In this document: in pieces, positions 38,601-52,865 of the stretch
Numbering within the stretch: position 1 is the stretch's first letter
Layout of the letters: each line of letters opens with the position of its first letter
Assembly: GCA_025786725.1 (NCBI GenBank)
Contig: JAHLTZ010000005.1
Location: forward strand, 248,001-312,000
DNA: 64,000 nt
Direction: 5' to 3'
Origin: Syncephalis fuscata S228
Lineage: Eukaryota; Fungi; Zoopagomycota
Notes under the pieces: generated by a model
Told to the model about the DNA's origin: nothing
The model's input: the letters and a program-made list of their open reading frames with translations, nothing else
Database searches by the model: none
Position numbers and translations under genes: made by a program

Positions 38601-39946
38601 ATAATCGTTTCTAAACTGGCAGAACGTGTGGCTGCTTGAATACTCAATACAGCATCGTTAGGCTTACGAACATCCCAGATGCGTACCACGCCATCTTCGG
38701 TAAATGATGCCATTCGCTGGTTGTGGAATGGATCTACTTGTACGCCATATACTGCCTTGGTAGAAATAGCTATACTGGCCGGTTCATTTGAACTCGCTAT
38801 TATGGCGTAAATATCAGGTATTTAGTTATTAGTATCACTTACTTCTTGTATCGTAAACACGAAGCCATTTATGGGCCATGCCTGCGACCAATTGTGTTGG
38901 TACTTTAGGAAACCACGAGCAAGAAAGTACAGCTTCGGACATGCCATATTGTTGAATAGGCTTTGGTGCGATGATGATTGAGTAGCTGTAGCTTGGCTAG
39001 TCATAGTTAATACTAAACATGTATTAACTATTAATAAATAACGCTCTACTTACCTTGTAGTAGCGTATCTGAATATTGATGATGCATCTATTATAGTTGA
39101 TGGTAAGTAATTATGTATTTTGTGATTGTGTATATTTACCCGGTATAACACTGCCAGTACTGCCGGTTCTTAATAAATGACTAGCCTCAGCTACTACATC
39201 CAATTTATTTGATCCAGTTGACGGCGGTGCTCCTGATGATGTAGATGGCACATTGACTTCAGCCATGTCACGAGCCTGTTCCACATCCCATATGGCCAGA
39301 CAATGATCGTTGCGTACCTTATCAAGACCGGTGGCCAGTAAGCGTGGTTCAGCATCCGAAAATGCTACCACATTACAAGGACGTGAATAGCGAACATCAA
39401 AGGTTGGATAGGCTGATGTTTGTAAGGAACTAGGTGCAGCCGACAATAAATGGCCTTGTTGGCCGCTAATATAACTCGATCGTACTGAATAGCCACCGCT
39501 GCCACTATTGCCACCACCCATACCTCCTGGATGTAGGTTGCCGGCAATTGGATGCAGTCGCACGAGCAGTGTACGTCCATTGGTTAGACCGACAGCTACC
39601 AAGTCACGACAAGTGCTATCCGGCGACCAAGCAAAGCACTTTTGTCGTATTAGTACATGAATAGCAACACAACTATACCATAAACTTTGTATTACCTTCA
39701 TAAGTTGGACGTCAGAATTGACAGCTACCATAGCGATAGACGAGTGCATATTCTTTTTCTAAATAGTAGTATTGCTATTGTTGTAGCGTAAATTGGCTAT
39801 ACGTAAATAGAACCTACTTCAGGTATCCACTCATAGAGTCGCAGGTCATTACTGCCCACCAAAAACTGTTGGTCATCACGGTGAGGCGACCAAACAATAC
39901 GCGGTACACGCGTACCACTGCCACCACCGCCACCACCACCGCTCAT
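35651..39946 (-). CDS. MIOS: GATOR2/SEACAT subunit Mio/Sea4 (WD40 plus C-terminal zinc/RING), multi-exon, apparent 1-nt deletions near 36778 and 37158
   Basis: N-term [17 protein letters not shown]; AVGLTNGR; [18 protein letters not shown]; [11 protein letters not shown]; C-term [36 protein letters not shown]. Confidence 0.92.
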
Positions 39947-40192
39947 AATTACTACTAGTCAATATTAGACGATAGCACCGATATAAAGGCGGCGTGCACA
40001 CAAAGTCTACTACTTGAAAGAGTGGAAGAGTGTAAAATCTTATGGCGTAAAATAACAAGATTCGCTTTGGTGGTCATAATTATGTAAAATACGCACTATT
40101 CTCCCCTTTCTCTCTTTTCTCTATCAAAATACTAAACGGTTACTACAACAATCCACGTTTGTTTGCACTTTATTCGATCGATTCAGTACAAT

Positions 40193-40470
40193 ATGGGAGG
40201 ACATGGAGCGTATACTTCGGGTCCCTATGGGTCTTTTCGCGTCCCACACGCTAGTCGTGCTCACCACTGGACCAGTAAGCTGCTGGGCGCTAGTATGTGG
40301 TTTTTCATGATGTATCGTGCTAAACAAGACGGTCCTACTCTACTCGTAAGTGAATCATCGTGGTCTTTCTATGAATATGCTTTAATTAGAACGATTAGGG
40401 ATGGGAACACCCTTGGGAGCACGGTCACCACCACGATGAAGATGCCGACAAGGATAAACAAAAGCATTAA
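40193..40470 (+). CDS. NDUFB2: Complex I accessory subunit NDUFB2 (AGGG/NIGM); intron 40346-40398
   Basis: KLLGASMWFFMMYRAKQDGPTLL-GWEHPWEH matches the family motif. Confidence 0.88.
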
Positions 40471-40623
40471 CTATGGTTAATTTACAGTATTGATTGTCAA
40501 CAAGATAACACATTTGCAATGAAGCAATTATTATTATTAAATTGTTTACAGTGATTAATTGTAGATACTAATAATTGGATAATATGGATAGATTATATTG
40601 TGTGCTGCAATATAGCATTCGCG

Positions 40624-40836
40624 TTAATTTGTTTTTTTGCTATTGTCTTGGTTAGGATCAGTAGCTTGTTGTCGAGTAACGGAGCCATTGTTAGATGGTT
40701 GCTGTTCCTCCCTCATTTCGTCATAAGCGCGATCAAATGCTTTTAAATAACGCGTAAACCATATGTATACCACTAGAATAATTGCCGCTACAAGTATATC
40801 ATTGGTAGAGGTAGAAATTGATATAATATTGCCCAT
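40624..40836 (-). CDS. Putative 70 aa single-TM microprotein
   Basis: MGNIIS start, TM ILVAAIILVVYIWF, polar tail; GC higher than the flanks. Confidence 0.5.
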   Translation of the reverse strand: MGNIISISTSTNDILVAAIILVVYIWFTRYLKAFDRAYDEMREEQQPSNNGSVTRQQATDPNQDNSKKTN

Positions 40837-41506
40837 ATTAAATATTAAAGCAATGAATTGGTCCAGCTAGTTTTGTACTAATAGAGAGAAAAGTTATAAA
40901 TGAAATAAGACGTCTTTTTGTTACTACAAATCGTGCAGCTATTTACTCGTCAAAATATAATATTGCTGTTTAATGTTTTCACATATATAAAATAGCAATT
41001 AAATGGACTATTTGATGTCATCAGATATTTAGTAAACAAATTAAGGTAGTAACAACAATGGTGCAATAATAATTGCGAAATAGCAACAACAATAAAGAGT
41101 ATTATCATAATAAATTGATCTTGTAACCACGTCACTTTCGTCCCATGGCGACCTGGCAACAAACACATACTTATAGATGTTGACTAGCCGGGAGGTAGTT
41201 TATACTATTTACTTAGACCAAATCCCGGTATCCATGCCTACATAGGGTCAAATAGTGCATTAGCGCAAGTGTTGGCTACTAAGAAACCATTCGTTTGAAC
41301 TCATATGTTTATACTAAGTAACCAATTTATTTAATCTAAAAGATTAGCAGATCCAACGTATAACAGCGTGTGGGGGCAGCTATAACACTTTTCGAGATAT
41401 GTCCTGCTCGACAGCATCTTGCTATTCATCGTATTGCTTTACTCTTTTTTTGTTGTCGTTACAGACTTTATCGTGACCAATAATCTATACAAACGTTAAA
41501 ATTATC

Positions 41507-43036
41507 ATGGTATATCCTACTCTTTCGGCCGGTTTTAACGGTCTAATTGCCTGTCTATTCCTGGCCAGTGTTGTGTCGGCCGATATTGTTAGGTAGTACA
41601 AATTGTGTTAGTTAATTAAAGGTGATTGGTGCCAATAATGTTGTATAATAGAATATCTTTACAGCGTACCACGCTTGACCCCTCGCATAATGCCACTCAA
41701 CTGAATCCAGGCCGGCCAGGCCGTATGATTCGGCAATCGGTGGCGAGAGAGCAACTTGAAGCCTATATGAAAGATATTGCGGTAAATAGTAATTCACTAA
41801 TTACTATTAATATTGATCATCATCATAATAAACATTTGTAGTATTTTGGTACGGTGCAAGTAGGCAATCCACCGCGTAGTTTCCGAGTTGATTTCGATAC
41901 AGGTAGCGCAAACACATGGATATCATCGACACTTTGTAACTCCATTGCTTGTATGAACCATCGCCGCTTTGATCCCAACGAGTCCAATAGCTACCAAAAG
42001 GATGGTCGACGCTTCTTGGTTCAGTACGGCGACGGCTCTTCGGTTAATGGCCAGATCGGCCATGACGATATGAATATTGGCGGTGTTACACTACGCAACC
42101 AACCATTTGGTTTGGCGCAATTTGAAAGTGACGATATGGACGATAGCACCATTGATGGCATCATGGGACTGGCTTTTCCGGCTTTAAGTGCCGTCCCTGG
42201 TGTACCAACCGTACTCGATACCATGGTGAGCCAGAAGCTACTCGATGCGCCCGTCTTTTCGTTCCATTTATCGCGTGGTGGCGATGACGGCCAAAGCACT
42301 GGCGAAATCATTTTTGGCGGTATTGATTCATCCCGTTTCCATAAACCAATGCGGTTCGCCTCCGTAACTCGGCCACTTTACTGGCAATTCCACGTAGATA
42401 ATGTGCATGTTGGCGAGAATGCATTGCGACTAAGCGCAGATGCAGTCGTCGATACAGGTACTTCGCTTGTTGTAGTGCCAAATAACATTGCTCGTCAAAT
42501 ACATAGCCAGATACCTGGATCAATTTTCTCACGTACCAGTGGCTGGCTTATGCCGTGCGCGCTATCTGGCACGGGACCAGATCTAGCCTTTGAAATGGCT
42601 GGTGGTCGATCTATTGTACCAAGTATCGACTATGTCGGTCCAGCACTAACACTTACGCCAGACATGTGCTTTAGCAATATTATGAATAGTGATATTGAGG
42701 TAAGTTAGCGTAATGGTGAATAATCGCGATGCTAATATATATATATTTTAATAGCATTGGATATTGGGTGATACATTTTTGAAAAACAATTATGTAATGT
42801 TTGATTATGGCAATCGCCGAATTGGTTTTGCCCACCGTACAGATACTGTGCGTGTTCAACGTGCAAAAACATCTGTTACCGGCAAAAACCGAGTGCGCGG
42901 ACAACAGCAAAAAGCAGCACTCAATGGTGAGTCTGAGCCAGCCGTACAAAAGCCTAGCTTGGATACCAATAATGGCGCTGAATTAGAGACGCAGGTAGCA
43001 GAAGATAGCGCAGCAGTCGAACAAGAAAGCTCGTAG
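41507..43036 (+). CDS. Secreted pepsin-like (A1) aspartic protease with acidic C-terminal extension; 3 introns
   Basis: Signal peptide MVYPTLSAGFNGLIACLFLASVVSA; catalytic FDTGS and VDTGT; YGDGS flap; WILGDTFLKNNYVMFDYGNRRIGFA. Confidence 0.95.
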
Positions 43037-44245
43037 ACGTACAAACACATTTGTTTACAAATTAGAATAGAAATTTAGAATTAAAACACTTTTTTAACTG
43101 CTGTTTAACTAGCTAGATTCGATTGTTTTCAATTATCAATAATAAAATCATTTTATAGCTTAAATCAATATACGACAATTAAACAATAAACCATTTTATT
43201 AATTTGTTTTTTACTAAAAATACTAAGTAAAATAAATGCATGAAGCTTAAATTAAAACTTTGATTATTGATATGAATAAATGAATAATTGCTATTTTCAC
43301 GCTTAAAATTGGTAGGATACTCGTCACATTTGACTTGTACATGGATTATAATGTATAATTTTGATATTTATTACATCGTGATTTCATATTGTGCTATAAG
43401 TTGTAATTTGAGTATGGCATGTAGCTTACGCTCTGATTTGATAGTTATTAAATTGTCCAATAGTTGAATTTGCAATTGTTATAAACTAGTCAATACAGAT
43501 ATGTTTAATAGAAGCATTAAAACTATTGGTTATTCGTTTGATGATTTCAGTGATTCTTTCGTAGAAGCAAATGGTTTTCTTTAATAGAAGCGGTAAACTC
43601 ACCATTACCAAAGATGAAGGCTGTTTTTTGTGAGGTATGGCAAGACAAATCGAGAAGAATGGATATATATATATTCGTTTTAAAATGCTATTATATTAAT
43701 AATAAGTCGATGGTAACGACTCTGCTATCAAACGCCTTTATCATCATCATCATCATCATCATCTAACTTTATTATTGTATTCACTATTTCTATAATAATA
43801 CACTTTATATTTTCACTTTTCTCTGCTACTATAGTTGTACGAGTGTAGAAAACGTGGAAAGGCGAAACAATCTTAGTATGCGCCATATCATTAAACATTA
43901 CTTCATGTAGCACAAGCGTTGCATAAATCGCATGCTTTATTTTGGTTGGTTGCAAGTCTTTGTTCTTATGTGTTGTTTTAAAGTGCATGTGATTAAGCAG
44001 TAGTTTAAACGCATGAACGTATTGTGTGCCATGCTCAGCAGAATAGTCCTTGAACACCGTATGAAAATAAATGGTATTAATATACGACTATATGGCGTAT
44101 GGTGTTCAAGCATTATTCCTATCACTCTCTATCTGCGTTAACTATTCATATTATTTTACCTCTATTTATTGGAACTGATAAGTTTGCTCTATTCTGCTAT
44201 TACAGAGCCATTTTATTGATTGTTCAAATCTACTATTCCTTCAAT

Positions 44246-45771
44246 ATGCGGTTCTTAAATGCTTTACACAAACCTAATTTGCTTCTATTATCGCGATTTT
44301 TATTCATAATAGTATGCTTTGTTATTTTTAGCTTGCTTATTGCCAAAGAGTTGGACGGCATATCCAATTCGAAGAATATTTATCAAACAAAGTACCATAC
44401 TGAATTGCTTGAAGTACCAATCATATTATTTCGAACAATATTAGATTCTAATGTATATATTACTCCAAGTTCGGCAAGTTTTGATAAATCCTCTTTACCA
44501 GCTGGATTTGACGCACCAAAGCATAATATCCCACTCAAATGGGGCAAAGATATTGTAGATTCCAGTAAGGAAGATTCCATTTGGTCATCATATCGTAAAT
44601 TAGAATTAGCATTGTCTAAAAACAACACCTATCTTTATACAAGTGCTATAAACCCAAATGCAAATGCAACTTTTTTGCCAAAAGTCTTAAATGAAACCTT
44701 AAGAAACAACTTAGGCAAAATATTTGTTACTGAATTCAATATATATATGGCAAAGGGAGAGGAAGCCGACTCAGAGACCTCTAGGAAAATAGATAGCCAC
44801 TATAAACTTGATTTATTTGTTATTGGAAATCCCAAATTACTTATCGATGCAATGAATTCTAAAAAGCCATTTGATTTAGCTGAGATCGACTCTGGATCTC
44901 GTATTATCATTAGCAGCGAAACAGATGTTAGGATCGAGTTTATTAAAAGTTATAAGGAAATTAATAGCGAAAATAAACCCATATACGATTTCTGGTTTTT
45001 TAAACAACCTATTAGTGAATCAAAAGGCAACGCCATTACGATTGTTCCCCGCAACAAACCATCATCTGATATGAATGGTTACATAGTGAAGAAAGAAGAC
45101 CTATATCGTCATTCTAATTTGATTCATGTTGTTAGTGTTATTGGTGGGATCTTGACTTTTATTCTCATCATATATACTTTGCTTTTCGGTCAACGTCGTC
45201 TTCGACCTTGGGGAATTATCCAGCGGTATTTTGTACGCAACAAAATACTTAGTACTATGCCGCAGTTCATGGGTGGCATGCAATCTACCAGTCAGCCTAA
45301 GTTTAAGTATGATGCAGCTATAGATATGGAAATTGCGTACGTGTCAAATCCACAGAAACAAAACACTTTAGCGCAGTCACCGAGATTTACGAGACCATCA
45401 AGTCGACAAGCATCATTAAATGGCAGTATAACGCCATATGTGCCGCCGATGATAGTTAACAGAGAGCGACAACAATCATTTGCCATAATTCCTTCTGACG
45501 ATAAGATCAGTGAACTTAAAACAATATTGACTACGCAACCATAAAAATACAAGACCAGAGGGCACAACTGGAAGCACAAGTAAAACAGCTTGAACTAGTA
45601 TCAAGACAACTTGCAGCACTTGGGGGTGAATCATGTTTGAATAATATTAATGTTATGTTAAATGAATTACCAAATGATAATAATGGTAACAATTTATTAA
45701 ATTACTCGATGGTGCAAAATGATAGCCCATTTTCATTATCAAATAATTTGCATCTTTCGAAACTCGTATAG
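44246..45771 (+). CDS. Two-TM membrane protein with large loop and C-terminal coiled coil; 1-nt frameshift near 45520
   Basis: TM1 FLFIIVCFVIFSLLIA, ~250 aa loop, TM2 VVSVIGGILTFILIIYTLLFG then RLRPWGIIQ; restoring one A extends the frame to TAG 45769-45771. Confidence 0.7.
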
Positions 45772-46160
45772 CCGATTTGGAAGCCTTTCAACATCGATTG
45801 GGAACATTTTATCTGGATTTTGATTTGTTTAGAAATGATTAATTTACATATTCATAATCACTATAAATGCAGCAAAGCTTAGATTAACACCGCTTGTTTA
45901 TGTATTTTAATAACTTGTATTGTTACAATGGATAATAAAAACTAATTGGTAATTTTACAAACCATAGTAATTTGATAACAAAAGTATTTCCAAATAATAA
46001 AATATAGTCGTGTAAATAAACTGCTATTGCAAATATATTACTTAATATCGTTTTATTTGACTAATCAATTAAATATATCTATGAAAGAATAGCAATAGCG
46101 ACAAAAAGCAACTATGTTCGACTATTCTTTTATTAATTCGATTGCTTATTAACGCTGCCA

Positions 46161-46603
46161 TTATTTGGGCTTTTCATTTTTCAATCGTCTGCGTATTTGT
46201 ATAAAGTAGTCGTCAAAGTGCATCTTGCCAGTGCCGTGAAGATTCTTGCCCTTTGCATCTATAAGTTTGTCTACATCCATATTACGTTCTTTCATTTTGT
46301 GAAGGGTGGCTAGAAGCTTCTCTGACATAACTGAGCCAACTAGCTCATTGTTGGTACATCTCTCGACAACCGTTTTCATTTGAGTTTCAAATTGAGCCAT
46401 AATGACATCTGATGCTTTATCATTGGCACGCTGTGAAAGAGAGTCATTTTTTGAGATGAATTAGTGTTGTAATTATTGATAGCGGAGTTCGGTGGATTGG
46501 CTGGTTTGTCAATATTATTAGAATTATTACTATATGGCGGTAGAGCTGCCCCGGATATTAACACTCCAAAGAACGATATTAATATAATCAAAATAGAGCG
46601 CAT
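46161..46603 (-). CDS. Small secreted orphan protein (~147 aa); 1-nt frameshift in an A-run near 46447
   Basis: Signal peptide MRSILIILISFFGVLISGAA; ORFs 46376..46603 and 46161..46400 join as SQKNDSLSQRANDKASDVIMAQFETQ... Confidence 0.65.
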
Positions 46604-47101
46604 ACTAATAGGTATAAAACAGATGATAATAGCAAATAATAGAAAGAAATATACTGTTTTTTAATTGATATGGAAATGCTTTAAATACATTGATTATTGG
46701 GTAGCATCCACGTTGCTCTATGATGACGGCTGTCACCAATGAAATACAAGCAAAGCTAGCATGCATTAGTGCAATTCATCCTATGCTAAAGACATCACAT
46801 GGCTTGATGACGATTGGTCTACAATTGACTGCATCCATGCCATCATTGATAACATCATTCTATAAATGTTTATTATATGATAAATATTAAAAATAATTGT
46901 ACAATTGATTAGATTTATGTTACTATTGGATACACTTGTAAGTATTTATTATACGGTTAAATAATAACAATAATAATAACAATACTACTACTAATGATAC
47001 TAATACTAATATTAAAAATAATAACATGTATCAAATAATGCAGGAGAAATCACGCTTTAATGGTAATTGCACATAGATAATGATAAGATAAACTAATATC
47101 G

Positions 47102-48364
47102 TCATTGTTTTTGATGAATACGTTCATTTTTAACATGTTTGGCCTTGAACTCTACACGCTCGCTGCTTTCTTTAGTTTCGTGAATTGACGATAATATCAA
47201 TCCGGTAGCTGATAAGAAATTTCTCATATCTGGCTGGTATGAACCCGTCATTCTATGTCTATCAAGTGCACGGATAAAGTATTGATAGCCACGCTTGGAT
47301 TGTTTAAGTCGGGCACAACATAACATTAGTAAATCCATATTGGCCGGTGTAGGTGCCAAATGAACCTCTGGTGCGTGTAAAAGATCCTGGCTATCCGTGT
47401 TAGATGATGGCACTTGTTCTCCAAGTCCAAGATAATGATCAGCAATAAAAAAGGCTCGATGTTGTGAGTCTTTAGCAGTAACTCTACTGCAGGCCATTAG
47501 AATAGCACCCACAAGCACACTATCTACTTTTAAATTGCCTAATCGTACATCATTCTTCCATATATCCCAGGCACGGTCAAAGTCGTTCATTCGCGCAAAT
47601 GTTGTGATCAGTGTGGTGGCTGCAATGGCATCTATTCGCTGCCGTGTTCGTAGTGCACGAACTATTTGATCTAGCCGCTCAACGTCTGCTGCAGCGGCAT
47701 ATACTTTAATTGCTACATTAAGATGCGTTTGGCTAAGTCGACCACATAGATCCTCAATACTATCCGTTTCTGAGGGTGCGTCTGCTATTTTCCTTAACAC
47801 TTTATCGGCCAATGCAACATTAACAATGGGTGATCGGGCAAGTGCATTTAGAAGATTTGTATAAGTCTGTCCTGTAGGTGTAAGACCGCGCTTTTTCATC
47901 TATATGCTGCGTGTAAGTTATATGATCGTTTATTCCATAACTATATAACCTACCTGATTATATGCCTGCCATGCTTTCTTTCCTTGCTGTGCGCGAGCAT
48001 ATGCCTGAATCAGTTCATTCCAAACAACTGGTGATTGAGCGCGTTTTGGTGCTTCCTTTACCAATTCAAATGCTTCTTCAAGCCGGTTCGTTCTAACGAG
48101 TCTATTTAGCTTCTCAGTAAGCAGGTAAGGATCTTCAAAGTAGTTTGGCCGTTCTGTCTTTGATCTGCTTGTTTGCATCGAATCTTTTCCACGTTTGTAG
48201 TCTTTATTTTTTGCATAGCGATTTGTTCCTTTTCCTTGCGTGGCCGTGGCCGTCGGTGTTGTTGTTAGTAACCGACTATGTGGCCATGCGCTTATACGCA
48301 GTGTGCTACCAAGTGAGATCCGAGAATTATATGGAAAGCGTAGACATAATCGATGAGAATTCAT
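47102..48364 (-). CDS. Mitochondrial pentatricopeptide repeat (PPR) protein; intron ~47900-47953
   Basis: Arg/Ser-rich presequence; VVWNELIQAYARAQQGKKAWQAYNQ-MKKRGLTPTGQTYTNLLNALA PPR motifs. Confidence 0.85.
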
Positions 48365-48484
48365 AACTAAAAAATAAAGAAAAGTCTGTATTCGTAGTTG
48401 TATTCTTCGCCGTCATTTCTACTTCTATTCACGGAGGTTTACCACTTTATTTACACTACTTGCTGATACTACTTCAGACCAACT

Positions 48485-50097
48485 ATGGTTACTCGGCAGC
48501 AACAGCAACAGCAGCAGCAACAGCAGATGCATGGTCGTCACAGCCATCATCACGGACATGCTCAGTCTGCTGCACCTCCCAATCCCGTTGAAGTTCTGCT
48601 TGCTTCAGCTGGTTACGATCATACTATTCGCTTTTGGGAGGCGTTAAGCGGCGCCTGCTACCGAACAATTCAGCACCCCGACTCGGTATGCGTCATTAAT
48701 AGTGATATAGATTAAGCTTTATTAATAATAATAGTCTAGCAAGTGAATCGATTGATGATATCACCTGATCGACGCTATTTGGCCGCAGCAGGTACATGAT
48801 TTACTATAATTGATAATATACGCATTATTGACGAGCTTTGCTACACTAGGCAATTCAAAAGTTCGACTATATGACATCAATAGTGCCAACTCCAATCCAG
48901 TAAGTACATATAGATGGCATAAAAGCCATGGACTGAACAATCACCGCCAAGATTGTTACATTAGATGGCCATACGGCCAATGTAACAGGTTTAGCATTTA
49001 GTGCAAGCAGTACTTGGGTAGCAACTAGTAGTGAAGATGGTACTATTAAAGTATGGGATGTTCGGTAAGTAAATACTAGAACGTAATGACAAGTATTAAT
49101 GTATATATATATATATGTGTGTGTATATATATGTATGTATATATGAATTAGTACGGGTACAGTACAGCGTGACTATGACCATCGAGCACCAGTCAACGAT
49201 GTTTGTGCCCATCCCAATCAAGCAGAAATTATTAGTTGTAATCAAGCAGGTAGCATGAGGATATGGGATTTAACAGAAAACTCTTGTACACATGAACTGG
49301 TAAGTTAATACGAGTGTAAATATAGATTGGAACATATTTTACAAAGTATATTAAATAACAACATGAAATTTATAAAGGTACCCGAAGAAGATGTGCCTAT
49401 TCATTCGGTAGCCATATCGAGTGACTGCACAACGCTAGTTGCTGGTAATAATCGAGTAGGTTAATTATAAACGGATACGGTTGTTATCAACTTGTTATTT
49501 ATTGTGTATTATCAGGGCAATGTTTATGTTTGGCGTATGCCACGTAAAGATGATTTTAGCGATCTACGCCCAGTTCATAAATTTCAAGCGCATAACAAGT
49601 ATATCACACGCTGTTCATTGAGTTTTGATCAACCTGCACAAGCAATGTAAGTAATTATTAATATATTATATATTTATATTATATATTATATATTATATAT
49701 TATATATTATTGTTAAATGCTAATTATATGATTTTAATAACTACAACACAGTATTTTGGCCACTTGTTCTGCAGACGCAACTGTAAAAATATGGAATTTA
49801 TCTGATGCAGAATTCTCACTTCGTCGTACGTTGGTTGGTCATCAACGATGGGTCTGGGATTGTGCATTCTCGGCTGATTCGGCCTATATGGTAACTGGTA
49901 GGTAGAGAATGGTCTAGGATAGCGTTATGAGTGTAGTGAATAGACAGTTAATATATACTATTTTGTTTCTATCTATAGCTTCGTCAGATAACAGCGCACG
50001 GCTATGGGATTTAAATAGTGGCGAGACTATTCGACAGTATAGCGGCCACAATAAGGCGGCAGTTTGTGTGGCACTCAATGATGCTACTTCCTTGTAA
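48485..50097 (+). CDS. LST8: TOR complex subunit LST8 (WD40), multi-exon, poly-Q/His N-terminal extension
   Basis: [20 protein letters not shown]; HPDSQVNRL; CTHELVPEEDVP; [13 protein letters not shown]; [17 protein letters not shown]; [13 protein letters not shown]. Confidence 0.95.
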
Positions 50098-51529
50098 CAT
50101 CCCTTCCTGGATGTCACAGTAGTTGCCCCATATGGTATAATGTATGTCTAGCTTACAGCTACATCTTTAGTATAAATAAGCAAATAAAACGAAATAGTAT
50201 TGAATTGAGTACGTAATATACACATTGAATCATAATAGAATACAATGACAAGAACAATAATATATATATAGTATTTAACAAAAACTTTTACTTTTATTAA
50301 CCTGTAATTTGACTCTATAGCCGATAACTATCTGGCCTGCACACACTCTCTATACGGTAGATCTATTATTATGGATGGTTATCGACCATATCTGGATGTC
50401 AGGCTGCACGTTATACAATGTGGGTACGTCGTGTACGTGTATGTGTAGTGCCTGTATGTTCAACCGTGTGATTCTCCTTTATAGTATATCGATATTGATT
50501 GGCTGTTAAGACACATGGGCCAAGTCCATTAAAGCTTTATGTGCAGCATTCACACACACTCGTTTATCATTGTGGTGTGGTGTGTGCCATCAGCTTATCT
50601 TTCCTTCACTTCACTTTTCCTTACTATTCCCATCTTATTCTACTATTACCACCACCACCACTACTACTACTACTACTTTCATCGTCGATACTTACCGGCA
50701 TCTAACCTTTGTTTGAATTAGTGTGCTGGTTCTACTCAGCCTTACCGTTGCTGCGTATATACAGTCTTTTTAAACATACACACGCTCACATACACACTTG
50801 GCCTACTATATTCATCTATTTTGGTGCGTTTTTCATCTTTTTATTTGTTAATCTATGTGCGGTATTGAGATGGTTGGGACTATGAAATAGTAAAACAGAG
50901 CAGCGATTGCTTATGATCATAGTGACAATGCGGTTAGCGCGTTTGATGAGAAAACCTGTAGGGAGAGCAGGTATTATTGGGCTATATGCGGCCATCTATT
51001 AGATGCACGATTTAGCACAGCTTACGTGATGCGTAGTAGATGAGCACATATTTGCCATAAAGCTAGTTGTACTAGCGTTGTAGAGTGCATGCTTACTTGG
51101 TGCGGACAAATACAATGATGTTAATAGTAATACTTATTCGTTACTTACCTTTCTTTGCTTACACTTTTGTTTCTTTTGCATGCTCGACCATTTACACGTT
51201 CATCTGTTCATTTGCCGTCCATCGAACTTTCTGCCGGCTTTTCACCAACGACTAATCGCCTATTCTAATATCCATGCCATGTTCATGATCGACCATTCTC
51301 TATCAACTCTTACACTTCTACTATTGCTGCCGTTACTACTACTACCACTACTACCACTACTACACCGCTACTGACGCTATTGTAACAATACGTGGACGTT
51401 TGCTATCATAACCATGCCTTTGATATTTGTCTATCTATCCATTAATGCCTTGCATCTGTTAGTCTTGAAACATCTGGACAGTACTTCACACCTTTGCTCC
51501 TCCACTACTCTTGTTTGCTGTAAATCGCC

Positions 51530-52865
51530 ATGACTGAAACCAACGATTTTGACAGTAAGAAGCGCTCGCGCTCCCCAGACTTTAATGACAACGATGATGA
51601 ATTTGATTTGTTGGCCCCTTCGACCACGGACGATGCTGCTGCTCCCGAGTCTAAAGCAGCATCCAGTGACTCTCAAGAGAAAACAAAACGTTCTCGTGTA
51701 GATGAAGGCCGTCCCATCACATCTACCTATGATGACGGTGAGAACATGGATACTGAAGAGTCGACACGTAATGGCAATCGTAGCAATAGCAATAACAGCA
51801 ACAACAGCAACGATTCGGCCAAGTCGGTTATGATGCGATCGCTACTTACCAAGAAAGAAGCTGGTGTGATCATTGGACGCAATGGTGCTAATGTGCATAC
51901 TATTCGTTCCAAGACAAACGCACGTATCAATCTCACTGACAATTTCCCTGGCTGTACTGAACGTGTAGCCACAATTGTTGGTCCAATTGAAACAGTCGCT
52001 AGTGTAAGTATCTATCATTAGTCTGCATTTATGCTCTTTTACTTATTATACCCAATTCTAGGCATTTGAATTAATGGCATTAATGCTTGCCGGCGTTGAA
52101 GGCAATAACATTACACAAACTGAACCATCTTCAGTAACAATGCGCCTTTTGATTCCCAATAGCCAAATGGGTTCAATCATTGGCAAGGGTGGATCTAAAA
52201 TCAAGGAGATCCAGAACGCATCTGGTATTCGCTTGAATGCTCAAGAACATCCACTGCCTGGATCGACAGAACGTCAAGTAAATGCTGTTGGTTTGCCTGA
52301 CGGCATAAAGATTGCTGTGACTGAAGTCTGCGGTATTATTATGAACTACTCTGACCGTAACCAAGGCACCATGTTCTATCGACCATCGCCTGGTATTTCG
52401 GCAACATTGGGCTCTATTGGCGCGGCAACCGGTGCTCAAGCGGCAGCTGTGCTGGCTAATCCTGCTGCTGCCTCTTCTCTTAATCCATATGGCTACAATC
52501 CGGCTGCCATGATGGCTGCCAACCCAGCTGCACAGCTTGGTCGGCCCGGAGGCCTTGCTGCAGTCAATCCACTTGCAGCCACTGCCACCCAAGCGCAACA
52601 AATCTTTATTCCTAACGATTTGGTTGGCGCCATCATTGGCAAAGGCGGATCAAAAATCAACGAAATCCGTCAGCTAAGCGGTGCCTCTATCAAGATCAGT
52701 GAGCCGGATGGCAATGTGCGTGAACGACTTGTCACAGTCACAGGTACCCCTGAAGCCAATCAGATGGCCCTCTACTTGCTATACAATCGTTTGGAGGTAG
52801 AGAAGCAGCGTATCTACGGTGCCAACACCAGTGTTCAACCTCAAGTGGCTGCCGGTCGTTTTTAA
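51530..52865 (+). CDS. Triple KH-domain RNA-binding protein (Pbp2/Rnc1/PCBP-like); intron 52005-52061
   Basis: Three GxxG KH loops: IIGRNGANV, IIGKGGSKIKEI, IIGKGGSKINEIRQLSG. Confidence 0.92.

Noticed and set aside
49095-49715. (TA)n and (TATAT)n tracts
   Set aside because: Ordinary intronic microsatellites in LST8.
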